NCBI GenBank assembly: GCA_024408085.1
Contig: JAKSVH010000007.1
Span: forward strand, 6,914-70,913
Direction of reading: 5' to 3'
DNA from: Bacilli bacterium
Lineage (GTDB): Bacteria > Bacillota_I > Bacilli_A > RFN20 > CAG-826
DNA: 64,000 nucleotides
Shown here: piece after piece, positions 28,081 to 36,682 of the stretch
Layout of the letters: each line of letters begins with the position of its first letter
Position numbering within the stretch: position 1 is the first letter of the stretch
Translations under genes and position numbers: made by a program
Notes under the pieces: model-generated
Databases searched by the model: none
Seen by the model: the letters and a program-made list of their open reading frames with translations, nothing else
What the model was told of the DNA's origin: nothing

Positions 28081-28424
28081 GAGTCTCCGACCCTGTAAGC
28101 CATGTTTTGTCTAGGATAATAATTTATCTACGGCATTACCGTACCGATTGAGATTCGGTTCTCTCGCTCGATCTCCCCTACCAAAATTTGGGTTTCTCGC
28201 TTGTGGGGTTTACCAACGTTTCATTTCCGCGTTTCCGCTTACTGCGTCTCTGTGGCACCTTGGGGAACATTATCATGACCGAAGTTTTAGACTAGTTCCG
28301 CCGTTACGTACTCCTACGTACCTAGCGTTATTTTTTCCGCTAGCGCAATCACTACGAGCATCACAGCTCGTGCGAGCATGGACTTTCCTCTAGCAAAGCT
28401 AGCAATTATCCGGGTCGGAAAGTA
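28081..28424 (-). ncRNA. rnpB: RNase P RNA, type B (Firmicute type)
   Basis: The minus strand contains GAGGAAAGTCCATGCTCGCACG, GTGCCACAGAGACG, AACGTTGGTAAACCCCACAAGCGAGAAACCCAAATTTTGGTAGGGGA and ACAAAACATGGCTTACAG. These nearly match the Bacillus subtilis rnpB blocks as I remember them. A 10-bp P1 helix pairs 28412-28421 with 28084-28093. Ends are +/- a few nt. Confidence 0.92.
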
Positions 28425-28773
28425 ATTTCTTTGGATCGATACCCTTTTTCCAAAGGGTTCTTTCATAAATATCAATTTTCTTTAAAAGCTTAACATTATC
28501 TGGTGAAACGCCTTTGTCTTTTGGGAATGCTCCGTATTGTTTTTTAACTTCTGCAATCTCAAGTTCAGCTTTTCTAAGAAGCTTCTTAAGTTCTTCGATA
28601 TCTTCATCCTTTTTTGCACACTTGGAATTTGCTTCAGCAAGTTCTTTTTCATACATCTTATAATCTCCGATTATTCCATCGAAAAATTCATCCACTTCAA
28701 GAGGCTCATAGCCTTTCTCTGCTGGTGAGAATTTTTTATTTAATAAAGTCTCGGAAGTATGTTTTGCTTTCAT
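28399..28773 (-). CDS. gpsB: DivIVA-domain cell-cycle protein GpsB
   Basis: FSPAEKGYEPLEVDEFFDGIIGDY DivIVA motif, coiled coil, short C-terminal domain; 124 aa. Adjacent to rnpB, as in Bacillus. Confidence 0.78.
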   Translation of the reverse strand: MKAKHTSETLLNKKFSPAEKGYEPLEVDEFFDGIIGDYKMYEKELAEANSKCAKKDEDIEELKKLLRKAELEIAEVKKQYGAFPKDKGVSPDNVKLLKKIDIYERTLWKKGIDPKKLLSDPDNC

Positions 28774-28861
28774 AAATGTGCCTTTTAATTATATTAAAGT
28801 TATATGCTAAACTCAAATTGTTTCTTATAAACAAAACATAAGTGTTATAATTAAACCCGTT

Positions 28862-29587
28862 ATGAAGGCGTTAACCAATTTATTGCAATTAAGAAAAACC
28901 TTGTGTTTCATGGATCTTGAAGGAACCCAATTTACCCATGAAATGATTGCTATTGGAGCCATCAAAGTTGAAATCCGCAAGGATGGATCAGTTAGAAAGA
29001 TTCACAAAGGAATGTACACTTTGGTTAAGGCAAAAAATAGAATCGGTAAGGTTGTCACTGATTTGACTGGAATCACCGAAGCAGATTTAAGGGAAAAAGG
29101 TGTTTCATTTAGAGTTGCAATCGATATGCTTAAAAAGTACATGGGTCATGATTACTCAAAATGTCTCTTTGTTACCTTTGGTAACCACGACTTCAGAATT
29201 ATGGCTCAATCACTAGCTCATAACTTGGATGTAAAGAAGGAAGATGTTGAGATAGTTATCAAACATCAATTTGACTTTGCAGAATTTGCAAATAACTATG
29301 TTAAGGATGAGAAAAATAACAATTTATCTCTCGCCAACATGTTAAAAGTGTTCAATATTGATTTTGAAGGAGCTCAACACAATGCATTAGCAGATACACT
29401 TAACCTCGTTTATCTTTATGATGCATTCATTAAAAATAGAGAAATATTAAAAAACGAATACCGTAAAACACTCGGCATGTATCGTCATCTTCCACAACCA
29501 ATTCATCAAGCAATTGAAAAACTTGCAAATAAAGAAAACGTTTCTGCGGAAGAGTTCGAAAAATTTGTCGATGATTCTCTAGAATGA
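28862..29587 (+). CDS. DEDDh-type 3'-5' exonuclease (DnaQ/KapD-like)
   Basis: FMDLEGTQ (ExoI), FGNHDFRI (ExoII-like), HNALADT (ExoIII with His); 241 aa. Confidence 0.7.
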   Translation: MKALTNLLQLRKTLCFMDLEGTQFTHEMIAIGAIKVEIRKDGSVRKIHKGMYTLVKAKNRIGKVVTDLTGITEADLREKGVSFRVAIDMLKKYMGHDYSKCLFVTFGNHDFRIMAQSLAHNLDVKKEDVEIVIKHQFDFAEFANNYVKDEKNNNLSLANMLKVFNIDFEGAQHNALADTLNLVYLYDAFIKNREILKNEYRKTLGMYRHLPQPIHQAIEKLANKENVSAEEFEKFVDDSLE

Positions 29588-30180
29588 TCAACTACGCAAA
29601 CGGTAAAAATTTTCAAAAAAACTTAAAAATACCATCAAAATCACCAGTAAAACCCAAATCTTTTTCGCATGGAAACAGGGGCATGGCTTTTGAAAATGAC
29701 ATTAACGAAACCAATGATTATTATCGCAATCAAGGTTTATGTTTAGTCACAAAAAGGCCAACTCCAATCAATGTTGTTTCGGTAGATTATTCAAGCGGGC
29801 CAATTATTACAAATGCTTACTTTGAAAAACAATCAACTACTGACTACAATGGGGTTTATAACGGTAGATACTTGGATTTTGAAGCAAAGTCTACAAAGAA
29901 GAAAACTTCTTTTCCTTTAGCAAACATTTCTAAACACCAAATTGAACATTTAAAACAAGTAATCAAGCATAAAGGAATCGCATTTTTTATTATTGAATTT
30001 TCCGAGTTAGATGAAGTCTATTTTTTAGATGCACAATACGTAATAAACTTTTACGAAAACGGGGACAGAAAATCGATTCCATACAACACAATAAAAGACG
30101 TTGGAAAACGAATAAAAAAGGCGTTTATTCCACGCCTTGATTATTTGCCAATTATCCAGGAAATCACGGAGAAATCCTAG
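29584..30180 (+). CDS. recU: Holliday junction resolvase RecU
   Basis: GMAFENDIN, DYNGVY..RYLDFEAKST, HQIEHL motifs. ATGA overlap with the upstream gene; 198 aa. Confidence 0.88.
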   Translation: MINYANGKNFQKNLKIPSKSPVKPKSFSHGNRGMAFENDINETNDYYRNQGLCLVTKRPTPINVVSVDYSSGPIITNAYFEKQSTTDYNGVYNGRYLDFEAKSTKKKTSFPLANISKHQIEHLKQVIKHKGIAFFIIEFSELDEVYFLDAQYVINFYENGDRKSIPYNTIKDVGKRIKKAFIPRLDYLPIIQEITEKS

Positions 30181-30795
30181 TTATTTCCTGCATATTTCAC
30201 GCAATTTACAATGTTCGCAATCAGGTGAAATCGCTTTGCAAAAGTATCTTCCAAACCAAATGATTTGATGGTTAGTTTTTACTATTCTTTCTTTAGGTAT
30301 AAATTTAAGATATTTTTCCTCGATAACTTCGACCGAATCTTTCTCGTTTGCGATGCCCATTCTCTTCGCAAATCTTTGCATATGAGTGTCAACTGCAAGA
30401 AGAGGTTCATTATAAAGTTCGGCAAGCACGCAATTCTTTGTTTTGTTTCCAACTCCAGGAAGTGAAAGCAAAGCTTCTGCATCATTTGGAACGTGTCCAC
30501 CATAATCTTGGACTAATCTTTGAGCAATTTTAATTACATTCTTTGCCTTAACTTGGTACATTCCTAAGTGAGAAATAATTCTTTGAACATCATAAAGATT
30601 AGCTTTAGCCAATTCTTCACAAGTTGGATACTTTTTAAATAAAATAGCAGTTGCTTCATTAACAGACTTATCAGTTGTCTGTGCTGAAAGCATGACTGCT
30701 ATTAATAATTCATAATCTTTTGTGTATTTTAATTCACAGTAAGCATTTGGATATTTTTCGTCTAAGTATGAAAGTATTAATTCTTTATTAGTCAT
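30181..30795 (-). CDS. nth: endonuclease III
   Basis: HhH-GPD (LPGVGNKTKNCV), catalytic Lys/Asp region, C-terminal CX6CX2CX5C cluster. The ORF-track start at 30816 is TTG; ATG at 30795 is preferred. Confidence 0.9.
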   Translation of the reverse strand: MTNKELILSYLDEKYPNAYCELKYTKDYELLIAVMLSAQTTDKSVNEATAILFKKYPTCEELAKANLYDVQRIISHLGMYQVKAKNVIKIAQRLVQDYGGHVPNDAEALLSLPGVGNKTKNCVLAELYNEPLLAVDTHMQRFAKRMGIANEKDSVEVIEEKYLKFIPKERIVKTNHQIIWFGRYFCKAISPDCEHCKLREICRK

Positions 30796-31435
30796 CGATC
30801 CATTTTGCCTTTGCAATTTTTAATGTCTTTTCAATGTTCTTGTCCCACTTATCGCTTGTTGCACTTACGCCAGCCTTTTCAATGTCATCTCTTGTTTGCC
30901 ATTGAAGCAAGACTTTATCGATAGATTTAAATGTTTTCTTTCCTTTGGAAAGACATTCTTTTAATGCGTCGATAATTTGAGCGGAAGTATAACCGCGAGA
31001 ATTCCAATCATTAATGATAGAAATTTCAAGTGGAGATAAAGTTCTTTTTAATAATTTTTCGTATTCAGCATAGATTTGTTTTAATGAAGCTGCTTTTTCG
31101 ATTGATGAATTAATTTCATTCTCTTGAGCAAGCTCTGCCTCAAATGCTTCTAACAACTTCTTTTGAAGTGGTTTTAAAGAAACTTTAATCTTTTTGCCTG
31201 TGTCAAAGAGCAAATAACCTTTTTCCATCAAGTCGACAAAGACTTTATCTAACTCTTTAATAGAAAGGTTCATCTTTAAACAAAGAATATCTGGTGTAAT
31301 CAAGGTATTCTTTTGTCCAAGTAAGTGATCGATCATTAAAATAACAGAAAGCTCGTTCTCAGTGATTCTGAGTTTCTTGTAATATTCTAATAATAGGTAG
31401 CGGAAGTCTAGTGCTTCCATTTGTGCGCTTGACAT
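30788..31435 (-). CDS. dnaD: DnaD-domain replication initiation / membrane attachment protein
   Basis: N-terminal winged helix (LRITENELSVILMIDHLL) and C-terminal DnaD repeat (LSPLEISIINDW...IDKVLLQW). dnaD-nth adjacency as in Bacillus. Start uncertain: ATG at 31435 versus TTG at 31444. Confidence 0.75.
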   Translation of the reverse strand: MSSAQMEALDFRYLLLEYYKKLRITENELSVILMIDHLLGQKNTLITPDILCLKMNLSIKELDKVFVDLMEKGYLLFDTGKKIKVSLKPLQKKLLEAFEAELAQENEINSSIEKAASLKQIYAEYEKLLKRTLSPLEISIINDWNSRGYTSAQIIDALKECLSKGKKTFKSIDKVLLQWQTRDDIEKAGVSATSDKWDKNIEKTLKIAKAKWIDD

Positions 31436-31481
31436 AGTGAGCAATATTCTAATACAAATCTTTTAATAATTAAATAATTAT

Positions 31482-32093
31482 TTAATGTGACTTGCTTTTT
31501 CTTTCTTCTTCTTTAATTTTATCTGGATTTAGTTTATCCAATAAATAGTTGAGTTTTTCCATAGCTTTTTGAGAATTTTCTTCTATTTTGAAGCCTAATT
31601 TGTTTGCAAATCTATTAGCTCTTAAAATACGAAGTGGATCCTCTTTAATTCGTTTTTCTGGATCTCCAATGAAACGAATAAGCTTGTTATTTAGGTCTTC
31701 TAAACCATGGGATGGATCAATAACCTTAAAGTCTTCATCAATGTAAATTGCATTGATTGTGAAGTCTCTTCTAACGTAATCTTCCTCAATGGTTTTTACG
31801 AATCTAATTTTTCCTGGATGTCTAAAATCTTCATAGTCTTCTTCTACTCTGAGAGTAGTGACATCAACTTTAACTCCATTAACTTTAACTCTAACTGAAC
31901 CAAATTTTGCAAAAGTAAAATCAGCATTTGGCAAGAAAGTTTTGATTTCTTCAGGTGTTGCATCTGTAACAAAATCAAAGTCAAAAACATCAAGACCAAG
32001 TAAATAGTCTCTTGTTGTTCCGCCTATCATGTAAAGGCGATAACCATTTTCATTGAAAATGTTAACTAGTTTTGTAAATATTTCTTTGTTCAT
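31482..32093 (-). CDS. cca: class II tRNA nucleotidyltransferase, head/neck domains only (203 aa)
   Basis: GGTTRD, DFDFVTD, RRDFTINA, EDPLRILRANRF motifs are all present. The protein ends about 200 aa short of typical CCA-adding enzymes. Confidence 0.8.
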   Translation of the reverse strand: MNKEIFTKLVNIFNENGYRLYMIGGTTRDYLLGLDVFDFDFVTDATPEEIKTFLPNADFTFAKFGSVRVKVNGVKVDVTTLRVEEDYEDFRHPGKIRFVKTIEEDYVRRDFTINAIYIDEDFKVIDPSHGLEDLNNKLIRFIGDPEKRIKEDPLRILRANRFANKLGFKIEENSQKAMEKLNYLLDKLNPDKIKEEERKSKSH

Positions 32094-32099
32094 TTTAAG

Positions 32100-32131
32100 T
32101 TAATAAAAAGGCGCTTTATTAGAGCACCTTT
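32100..32131 (-). terminator. intrinsic terminator after hup
   Basis: AAGGTGCT-ctaataa-AGCGCCTT hairpin followed by TTTTATTA. It ends 7 nt before the cca ATG. Confidence 0.7.
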
Positions 32132-32148
32132 TTCATCTTAAGCAATTG

Positions 32149-32424
32149 TTATTTATTAACTTTTGCTTTGATAATCTTAGAAGGTCTAAATCCAACGGTG
32201 CTATTTGCAGGAATGATAATTGGAGTTCCATCAGATGGATTTGTTCCTTTTCTTGCAAGTCTCTCCTTCTTGTAGAAGACGCCGAAGTTAGAAATTTTAA
32301 TTTCCTCTCCCTTAACAATTTTTTGTTCAACAATGCTAAAGAATTCATCGACAATTAATTCAACATCAGCTTTTGGGTAACCCGTTTTTTCACTAACAGC
32401 TAAAACTAATTCCGCTCTATTCAT
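32149..32424 (-). CDS. hup: DNA-binding protein HU
   Basis: 91 aa; MNRAELV..., GFG.F....R.AR.GRNP..G motif. Confidence 0.95.
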   Translation of the reverse strand: MNRAELVLAVSEKTGYPKADVELIVDEFFSIVEQKIVKGEEIKISNFGVFYKKERLARKGTNPSDGTPIIIPANSTVGFRPSKIIKAKVNK

Positions 32425-32507
32425 GAGAAAGTCTCCTTCTATTGCTAGTATAATAACAAATATTTTTCGTTTAGTAAACTAAACAAAATCAACCGATAAA
32501 AGTTTTC

Positions 32508-32536
32508 AATAAAAAAGCCCGATTAAATCGGACTTT
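32508..32536 (-). terminator. intrinsic terminator after der
   Basis: AAGTCCGAT-tta-ATCGGGCTT hairpin (one mismatch) followed by TTTTTTATTG. Confidence 0.65.
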
Positions 32537-32539
32537 TAA

Positions 32540-33847
32540 TTAAACCCTCTCTCTTAGAACAAGTTCTATTGGGGTTCCATCCAAATTGAACGATGATCTA
32601 AGTCTATTTTCAATATATCTTAAATAAGAGAAATGAGCATATTTTGGTTTGTTTACAAATAGGACAAATGTAGGAGGGCAAGAATTAGCTTGATTTACAA
32701 AGTAAATTTTTAGTCTTCCACCATTGAAATCAGGTGCTTCATTCATAAGTTGAGCATCTTGTATAACTTGGTTAAGTAATGAAGTTGAGATATGTGTATC
32801 GTAAGCTTCATGAACCATTTTGATTTTATCAAAAATTGTATCGACTCTACTTGAAGTCTTGGCTGAAACAAAGACAATTGGAGCGTACTCTAAGAATTGG
32901 AATTGATTACGAATTTTCTTTTCAAATTCTGCTTGAGTATTTTGTTCTTTCTTCACTAAATCCCATTTATTAACAACAATGATAACTGCTTTCTTTTTCT
33001 CAATTGCATAACCAACAACGTGTTTATCTTGTTCAATAATTCCTTCGTTTGCGTCAATCACAAGGAGAACAATTTCACTTCTATCGACTGCTGCTAAAGC
33101 ACGAAGCATAGAATACTTATCAACAGACTCGTAAATCTTGCCACGTTTTTTAAGTCCAGCAGTGTCTATAACCACAAAATCATTTCCGTCTCTTGTAAAG
33201 CGTGTATCGATAGAATCACGCGTTGTTCCAACTATGTTGGAAACAATGACTCTTTCTTTTTTAAGAATAGAGTTTACAAGAGATGATTTTCCAACGTTTG
33301 GACGACCAATAATTGAAAATGTTATTGCGTCGTCGTAAACGACTTCTTTATCGTTAGGTAAAGACTTAATGATTTTGTCCAAAATATCACCAATTCCAAT
33401 GCCGTGTTCACCTGAAGTTGCAATTGGTTCACCTAAGCCAAGAGAATAGAATTCACCAAGGTTTGGTAACATATCTTGGTTGTCAATTTTATTGACAGCC
33501 AAAATTACTGGTTTATTGAACTTATATAACATTTTTGCAACGAAACGATCATCTTTTGTGACACCCTTTTTGCCATCAGCGACAAAGATAATTACATCAG
33601 CTTCATCCATTGCAAGTTGAGTTTGAACTCTGATTTGTTCTTGGAATGGTCTATTTTCAATTTCAATTCCACCTGTATCTACCAAACGGAATTCTCTATC
33701 TAACCATTCTGCAGTCTCATAAAGACGGTCACGAGTTACACCAGGTTGGTCATCAACAATTGCACGTCTTTTGCCGACGATACGATTAAAAATCGTAGAT
33801 TTCCCTACGTTTGGGCTACCAACAATTGCGACTACTCCTAAACTCAT
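32540..33847 (-). CDS. der: ribosome biogenesis GTPase Der (EngA)
   Basis: Two tandem GTPase domains (GSPNVGKST and GRPNVGKSS P-loops, DTGG/DTAG, NKID/NKWD) plus a KH-like C-terminus; 435 aa. Confidence 0.95.
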   Translation of the reverse strand: MSLGVVAIVGSPNVGKSTIFNRIVGKRRAIVDDQPGVTRDRLYETAEWLDREFRLVDTGGIEIENRPFQEQIRVQTQLAMDEADVIIFVADGKKGVTKDDRFVAKMLYKFNKPVILAVNKIDNQDMLPNLGEFYSLGLGEPIATSGEHGIGIGDILDKIIKSLPNDKEVVYDDAITFSIIGRPNVGKSSLVNSILKKERVIVSNIVGTTRDSIDTRFTRDGNDFVVIDTAGLKKRGKIYESVDKYSMLRALAAVDRSEIVLLVIDANEGIIEQDKHVVGYAIEKKKAVIIVVNKWDLVKKEQNTQAEFEKKIRNQFQFLEYAPIVFVSAKTSSRVDTIFDKIKMVHEAYDTHISTSLLNQVIQDAQLMNEAPDFNGGRLKIYFVNQANSCPPTFVLFVNKPKYAHFSYLRYIENRLRSSFNLDGTPIELVLRERV

Positions 33848-34515
33848 TATCTAATTCCTGTCTTATCAAAAATAATTTTTAACATTGCTTCTGCTGATTC
33901 TTCAATATTTAAATTAGAAGTATCTAATTCAATTGAATCCTCCGCAGGTTTAAGTGGAGCAAAAGCTCTACTTGAATCAATACGATCACGTTTTTTAACA
34001 TCTTCAACGATGTCTTCAAGTGTACAAGGAATTCCTTTTTCTTGATTTTCTTTAAAACGGCGTTTTGCTCTTTCTTCAACTGATGCGATTTGGAAAACCT
34101 TAACATCAGCATTTGGGAATACATATGTTCCAATGTCTCTACCATCCATAACAACTGAAACTTTTTCAGCCATTTTTCTTTGAAGATCAACCATTGCAAG
34201 TCTAATGTCTTTGTATGAAGCAATATAGCTAACATTTCCAGAAACATGTGGCTCACGAATTTCTCTTGTAACATCTTTTCCAGAACACATAACTTTGCCA
34301 TCTGGGAATAACTCAATTTCAACTTCTGGAATAAGTGCGCAACAAGCTTTTTCATCTTGTGGATCAACACCTTTTCTTAAGACATATTCGGTAAAAGCAC
34401 GGTACATTGCACCTGTGTCAATATACGTAAATCCTAGCTTTTTCGCGATTATTTTTGAAATTGTGGACTTTCCTGCTGCTGCTGGACCATCAACGGCAAT
34501 AACAACTTTTTTCAT
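33847..34515 (-). CDS. cmk: cytidylate kinase
   Basis: IAVDGPAAAGKST P-loop, GAMYRA, DGRDIGT motifs; 222 aa. Confidence 0.93.
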   Translation of the reverse strand: MKKVVIAVDGPAAAGKSTISKIIAKKLGFTYIDTGAMYRAFTEYVLRKGVDPQDEKACCALIPEVEIELFPDGKVMCSGKDVTREIREPHVSGNVSYIASYKDIRLAMVDLQRKMAEKVSVVMDGRDIGTYVFPNADVKVFQIASVEERAKRRFKENQEKGIPCTLEDIVEDVKKRDRIDSSRAFAPLKPAEDSIELDTSNLNIEESAEAMLKIIFDKTGIR

Positions 34516-34527
34516 CTTGTTTTCTCC

Positions 34528-34830
34528 TTACAAATTACTTCCTACAACAATGATTGCAATCAATAATGCAAGTATAACTGCGGTTGCAATCGACCAATAG
34601 ACGATTTGGTTTTTTCTTAACTTAATATGGTGTTTTCTTTTTGTGTTTTTTGCATCCGGATCATAGGTGTCAAACACATCAAGAACTTGTTCGTATTTTA
34701 ATTTCGAACTATCGTTATCAACACACATTCTTTCAATAGTTTCAGAAAGTGTCTTTTTAGAGGAAGAAGATTCGAATTTCATGTTCGCAATCTCTTCACG
34801 ATAACGTCGAAATTTCTCAACTCTAGTCAT
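34528..34830 (-). CDS. hypothetical protein with C-terminal membrane anchor (100 aa)
   Basis: ATG at 34830 with GAAGGA 7 nt upstream (the ORF-track start at 34860 is GTG). Single C-terminal TM. Its position upstream of cmk is analogous to small ypfB-type genes. Confidence 0.5.
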   Translation of the reverse strand: MTRVEKFRRYREEIANMKFESSSSKKTLSETIERMCVDNDSSKLKYEQVLDVFDTYDPDAKNTKRKHHIKLRKNQIVYWSIATAVILALLIAIIVVGSNL

Positions 34831-34885
34831 ACCAAATCCTTCTGCGAGATATGTTATCACATATGAATAATTTTTTTAAGTTTTA

Positions 34886-34914
34886 TTGATATGTATTTAT
34901 ATTTTTTATATAAT
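34886..34914 (+). promoter_or_regulatory. sigma-70-type promoter for the ferredoxin gene
   Basis: TTGATA (34886-34891), 17 nt, TATAAT (34909-34914). Confidence 0.55.
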
Positions 34915-34937
34915 TATTCGCAGCGGGGGTAAAAATC

Positions 34938-35105
34938 ATGCCAAAAGTAAAAGTTAATCCAGAACTCTGCGGTTCATGCGGCCTTTGTGTCGGTTCACGC
35001 CCAGAAGTGTTCGAGTTTGATGATGATGGACACGCAAAAGCAGTTGCCGATGTAGACGGTGAACTCGGATTTGAATGTCCATTCGGTGCTATCGACGTCG
35101 AATAA
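34938..35105 (+). CDS. fer: small ferredoxin (single Fe-S cluster type, 55 aa), absent from the ORF track
   Basis: ATG at 34938 after GGGGG-N8. Translation MPKVKVNPELCGSCGLCVGSRPEVFEFDDDGHAKAVADVDGELGFECPFGAIDVE has the CxxCxxC...CP motif. Followed by a strong terminator. Confidence 0.8.
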   Translation: MPKVKVNPELCGSCGLCVGSRPEVFEFDDDGHAKAVADVDGELGFECPFGAIDVE

Positions 35106-35120
35106 TTATTGATTAAATTA

Positions 35121-35152
35121 GAAAAATAACCATCCTTTGGATGGTTTTTTCT
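35121..35152. terminator. bidirectional intrinsic terminator
   Basis: AACCATCC-ttt-GGATGGTT 8-bp stem with flanking A-run and T-run, between convergent genes. Confidence 0.8.
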
Positions 35153-35842
35153 TTAGTTTTGTAGTTTATCAATAAACCTATGTGTAGATTTATATGTTGC
35201 GATTGTAAGAATTATGATTGCAACATTTTTTGTTAAGTTAAATGGAAGAACTGCTATCAAACCATAGCTCCATTTAACGTCCACTATCGCTGGATTTGCC
35301 ATCTGACATAATTGAAGAATTGCTTCTTCAGAAAATTCCATCATATTCATATAGAATGGGATCATAAGGTAAATATTTAAGACTAATGAAACCGCTATCT
35401 CTAAAACACATCCAATTCCTAAACCAACAATTACTGATTTGAATCTTCTATTCTTTTTATAAAGAATTGCTGCTGGAAGAATTAAAGCTGCACCATAAAT
35501 TAAATCAGAAATTTCCCCAACACCTAATGAATTGGTGAATGGAAGCTTAATTATTGTTTTTATAAACAATACACAAAGTCCTGGAATTGGCCCGTAAGCA
35601 AATGATGCAATTAAAACAGGAACTTCATCAAAATGAAATTCTAAGAAAGGCGGCAAAAATGGAACTGGGAACTTTACTAAAATGTAAAGAATTGCTGCAA
35701 TAGCCCCAAAAATACCAACTCTAACTATATTTTTCGTTGTGATTTTATATTTCGTTTCTTGTTTCTCTTTAAAATAAATTTTTAAGAACACAAAAACGAA
35801 AGCGATCATTAGGATTCCAAATATAAGTAACTTAATATCCAT
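35153..35842 (-). CDS. ribU: ECF-transporter S component, riboflavin-specific (RibU/FmnP-like)
   Basis: About 6 TM helices, directly downstream of an FMN riboswitch. The start was moved to ATG at 35842 (MDIKLLIF) because the ORF-track extension lies inside the riboswitch terminator. Confidence 0.75.
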   Translation of the reverse strand: MDIKLLIFGILMIAFVFVFLKIYFKEKQETKYKITTKNIVRVGIFGAIAAILYILVKFPVPFLPPFLEFHFDEVPVLIASFAYGPIPGLCVLFIKTIIKLPFTNSLGVGEISDLIYGAALILPAAILYKKNRRFKSVIVGLGIGCVLEIAVSLVLNIYLMIPFYMNMMEFSEEAILQLCQMANPAIVDVKWSYGLIAVLPFNLTKNVAIIILTIATYKSTHRFIDKLQN

Positions 35843-35990
35843 AAAAAAATGCCTCTCGTTCAAGGCAATTTTTCTAAAAATGTTTCTACCATCCAGACTT
35901 TACTGTCGCTTCTAGAATTGCACTAGATCAGCCTTTCGGCTCGCGGAGTTTACCGCCGGTCGGGAATTACACCCTGCCCTGAAACTATTA
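35843..35990 (-). promoter_or_regulatory. FMN riboswitch (RFN element) with terminator expression platform
   Basis: Minus strand: GTTTC-AGGGCAGGGTGTAATTCCCGACCGGCGGTAAACTCCGCGAGCC...GCGACAGTAAAGTCTGGATGGTA-GAAAC, with P1 GTTTC/GAAAC. This is followed by a TGCCT...AGGCA hairpin and T7 immediately before the ATG. Confidence 0.92.
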
Positions 35991-36007
35991 ATATTATATC
36001 ACAACTT

Positions 36008-36682
36008 TTATAAAGGTGATTTAACTATTTCTCCATAACGTCTTGGGTACTTCTTTAAAGTCTTATTTTTCTTCAAAATTCCCAGCAAAACTCGCTTATC
36101 TTTTGATTTTTGAAGGTTATACTCAATCTTATTAAAGCCATCAATTTGAAGACATTTGAATGCATGTTTGGCGTTCTCAATTTCGTTATCGATGTTGCTT
36201 GCTTTATACGCAAAGAAGGTTCCGCCAACCTTCAAAAGATAGTAACTAATTTCAAGTAAAACATTTAACTCTTTGACGGCGCGAGCGGTAACAATATCAT
36301 AATTTTCTCTTGTGCCGAGTTCTTCTGCTCTCCCTTGAATAATTTGAACGTTTGAAAGTTCTAATTCTTTAACAACTTCTTTTAAGAATGAAACTTTCTT
36401 TCCGTTTGATTCTAATAAAGTAACTTTAAGTTCTGGTTCTCCAATTGCTAGAGCAATACCTGGGAATCCAGCTCCTGAACCAATATCAATTAAGGATTTT
36501 TCTTTAAGATCTGTGTATTTCATTAACATCAAAGAATCCACAAAGTGTTTTTCTTCAATTTGATCTTTATCTGTAATTGCAGTTAAATTAAATTTCTCAT
36601 TCCATTCTAAAAGAAGAGATAAATATTTCTCAAATTTAATAATTTGTTCTTTATTTAATCCAAATTCTTCTAATAGTTTCAT
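36008..36682 (-). CDS. rsmG: 16S rRNA (guanine527-N7)-methyltransferase
   Basis: DIGSGAGFPGI SAM motif; ATGA overlap with mnmG; 224 aa. Confidence 0.9.
   Translation of the reverse strand: MKLLEEFGLNKEQIIKFEKYLSLLLEWNEKFNLTAITDKDQIEEKHFVDSLMLMKYTDLKEKSLIDIGSGAGFPGIALAIGEPELKVTLLESNGKKVSFLKEVVKELELSNVQIIQGRAEELGTRENYDIVTARAVKELNVLLEISYYLLKVGGTFFAYKASNIDNEIENAKHAFKCLQIDGFNKIEYNLQKSKDKRVLLGILKKNKTLKKYPRRYGEIVKSPL

Noticed and set aside
28148-28393. 81-aa plus-strand ORF in a GC-rich patch
   Set aside because: It lies entirely inside the minus-strand RNase P RNA. The open frame is a by-product of the GC-rich structured RNA, and there is no RBS.
31482-32093. Short cca gene as a frameshifted pseudogene
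   Set aside because: All the catalytic motifs are intact, the ORF ends cleanly, and only 37-46 nt remain before dnaD. No degraded C-terminal coding remnant is present, so it is reported as a short form rather than a pseudogene.
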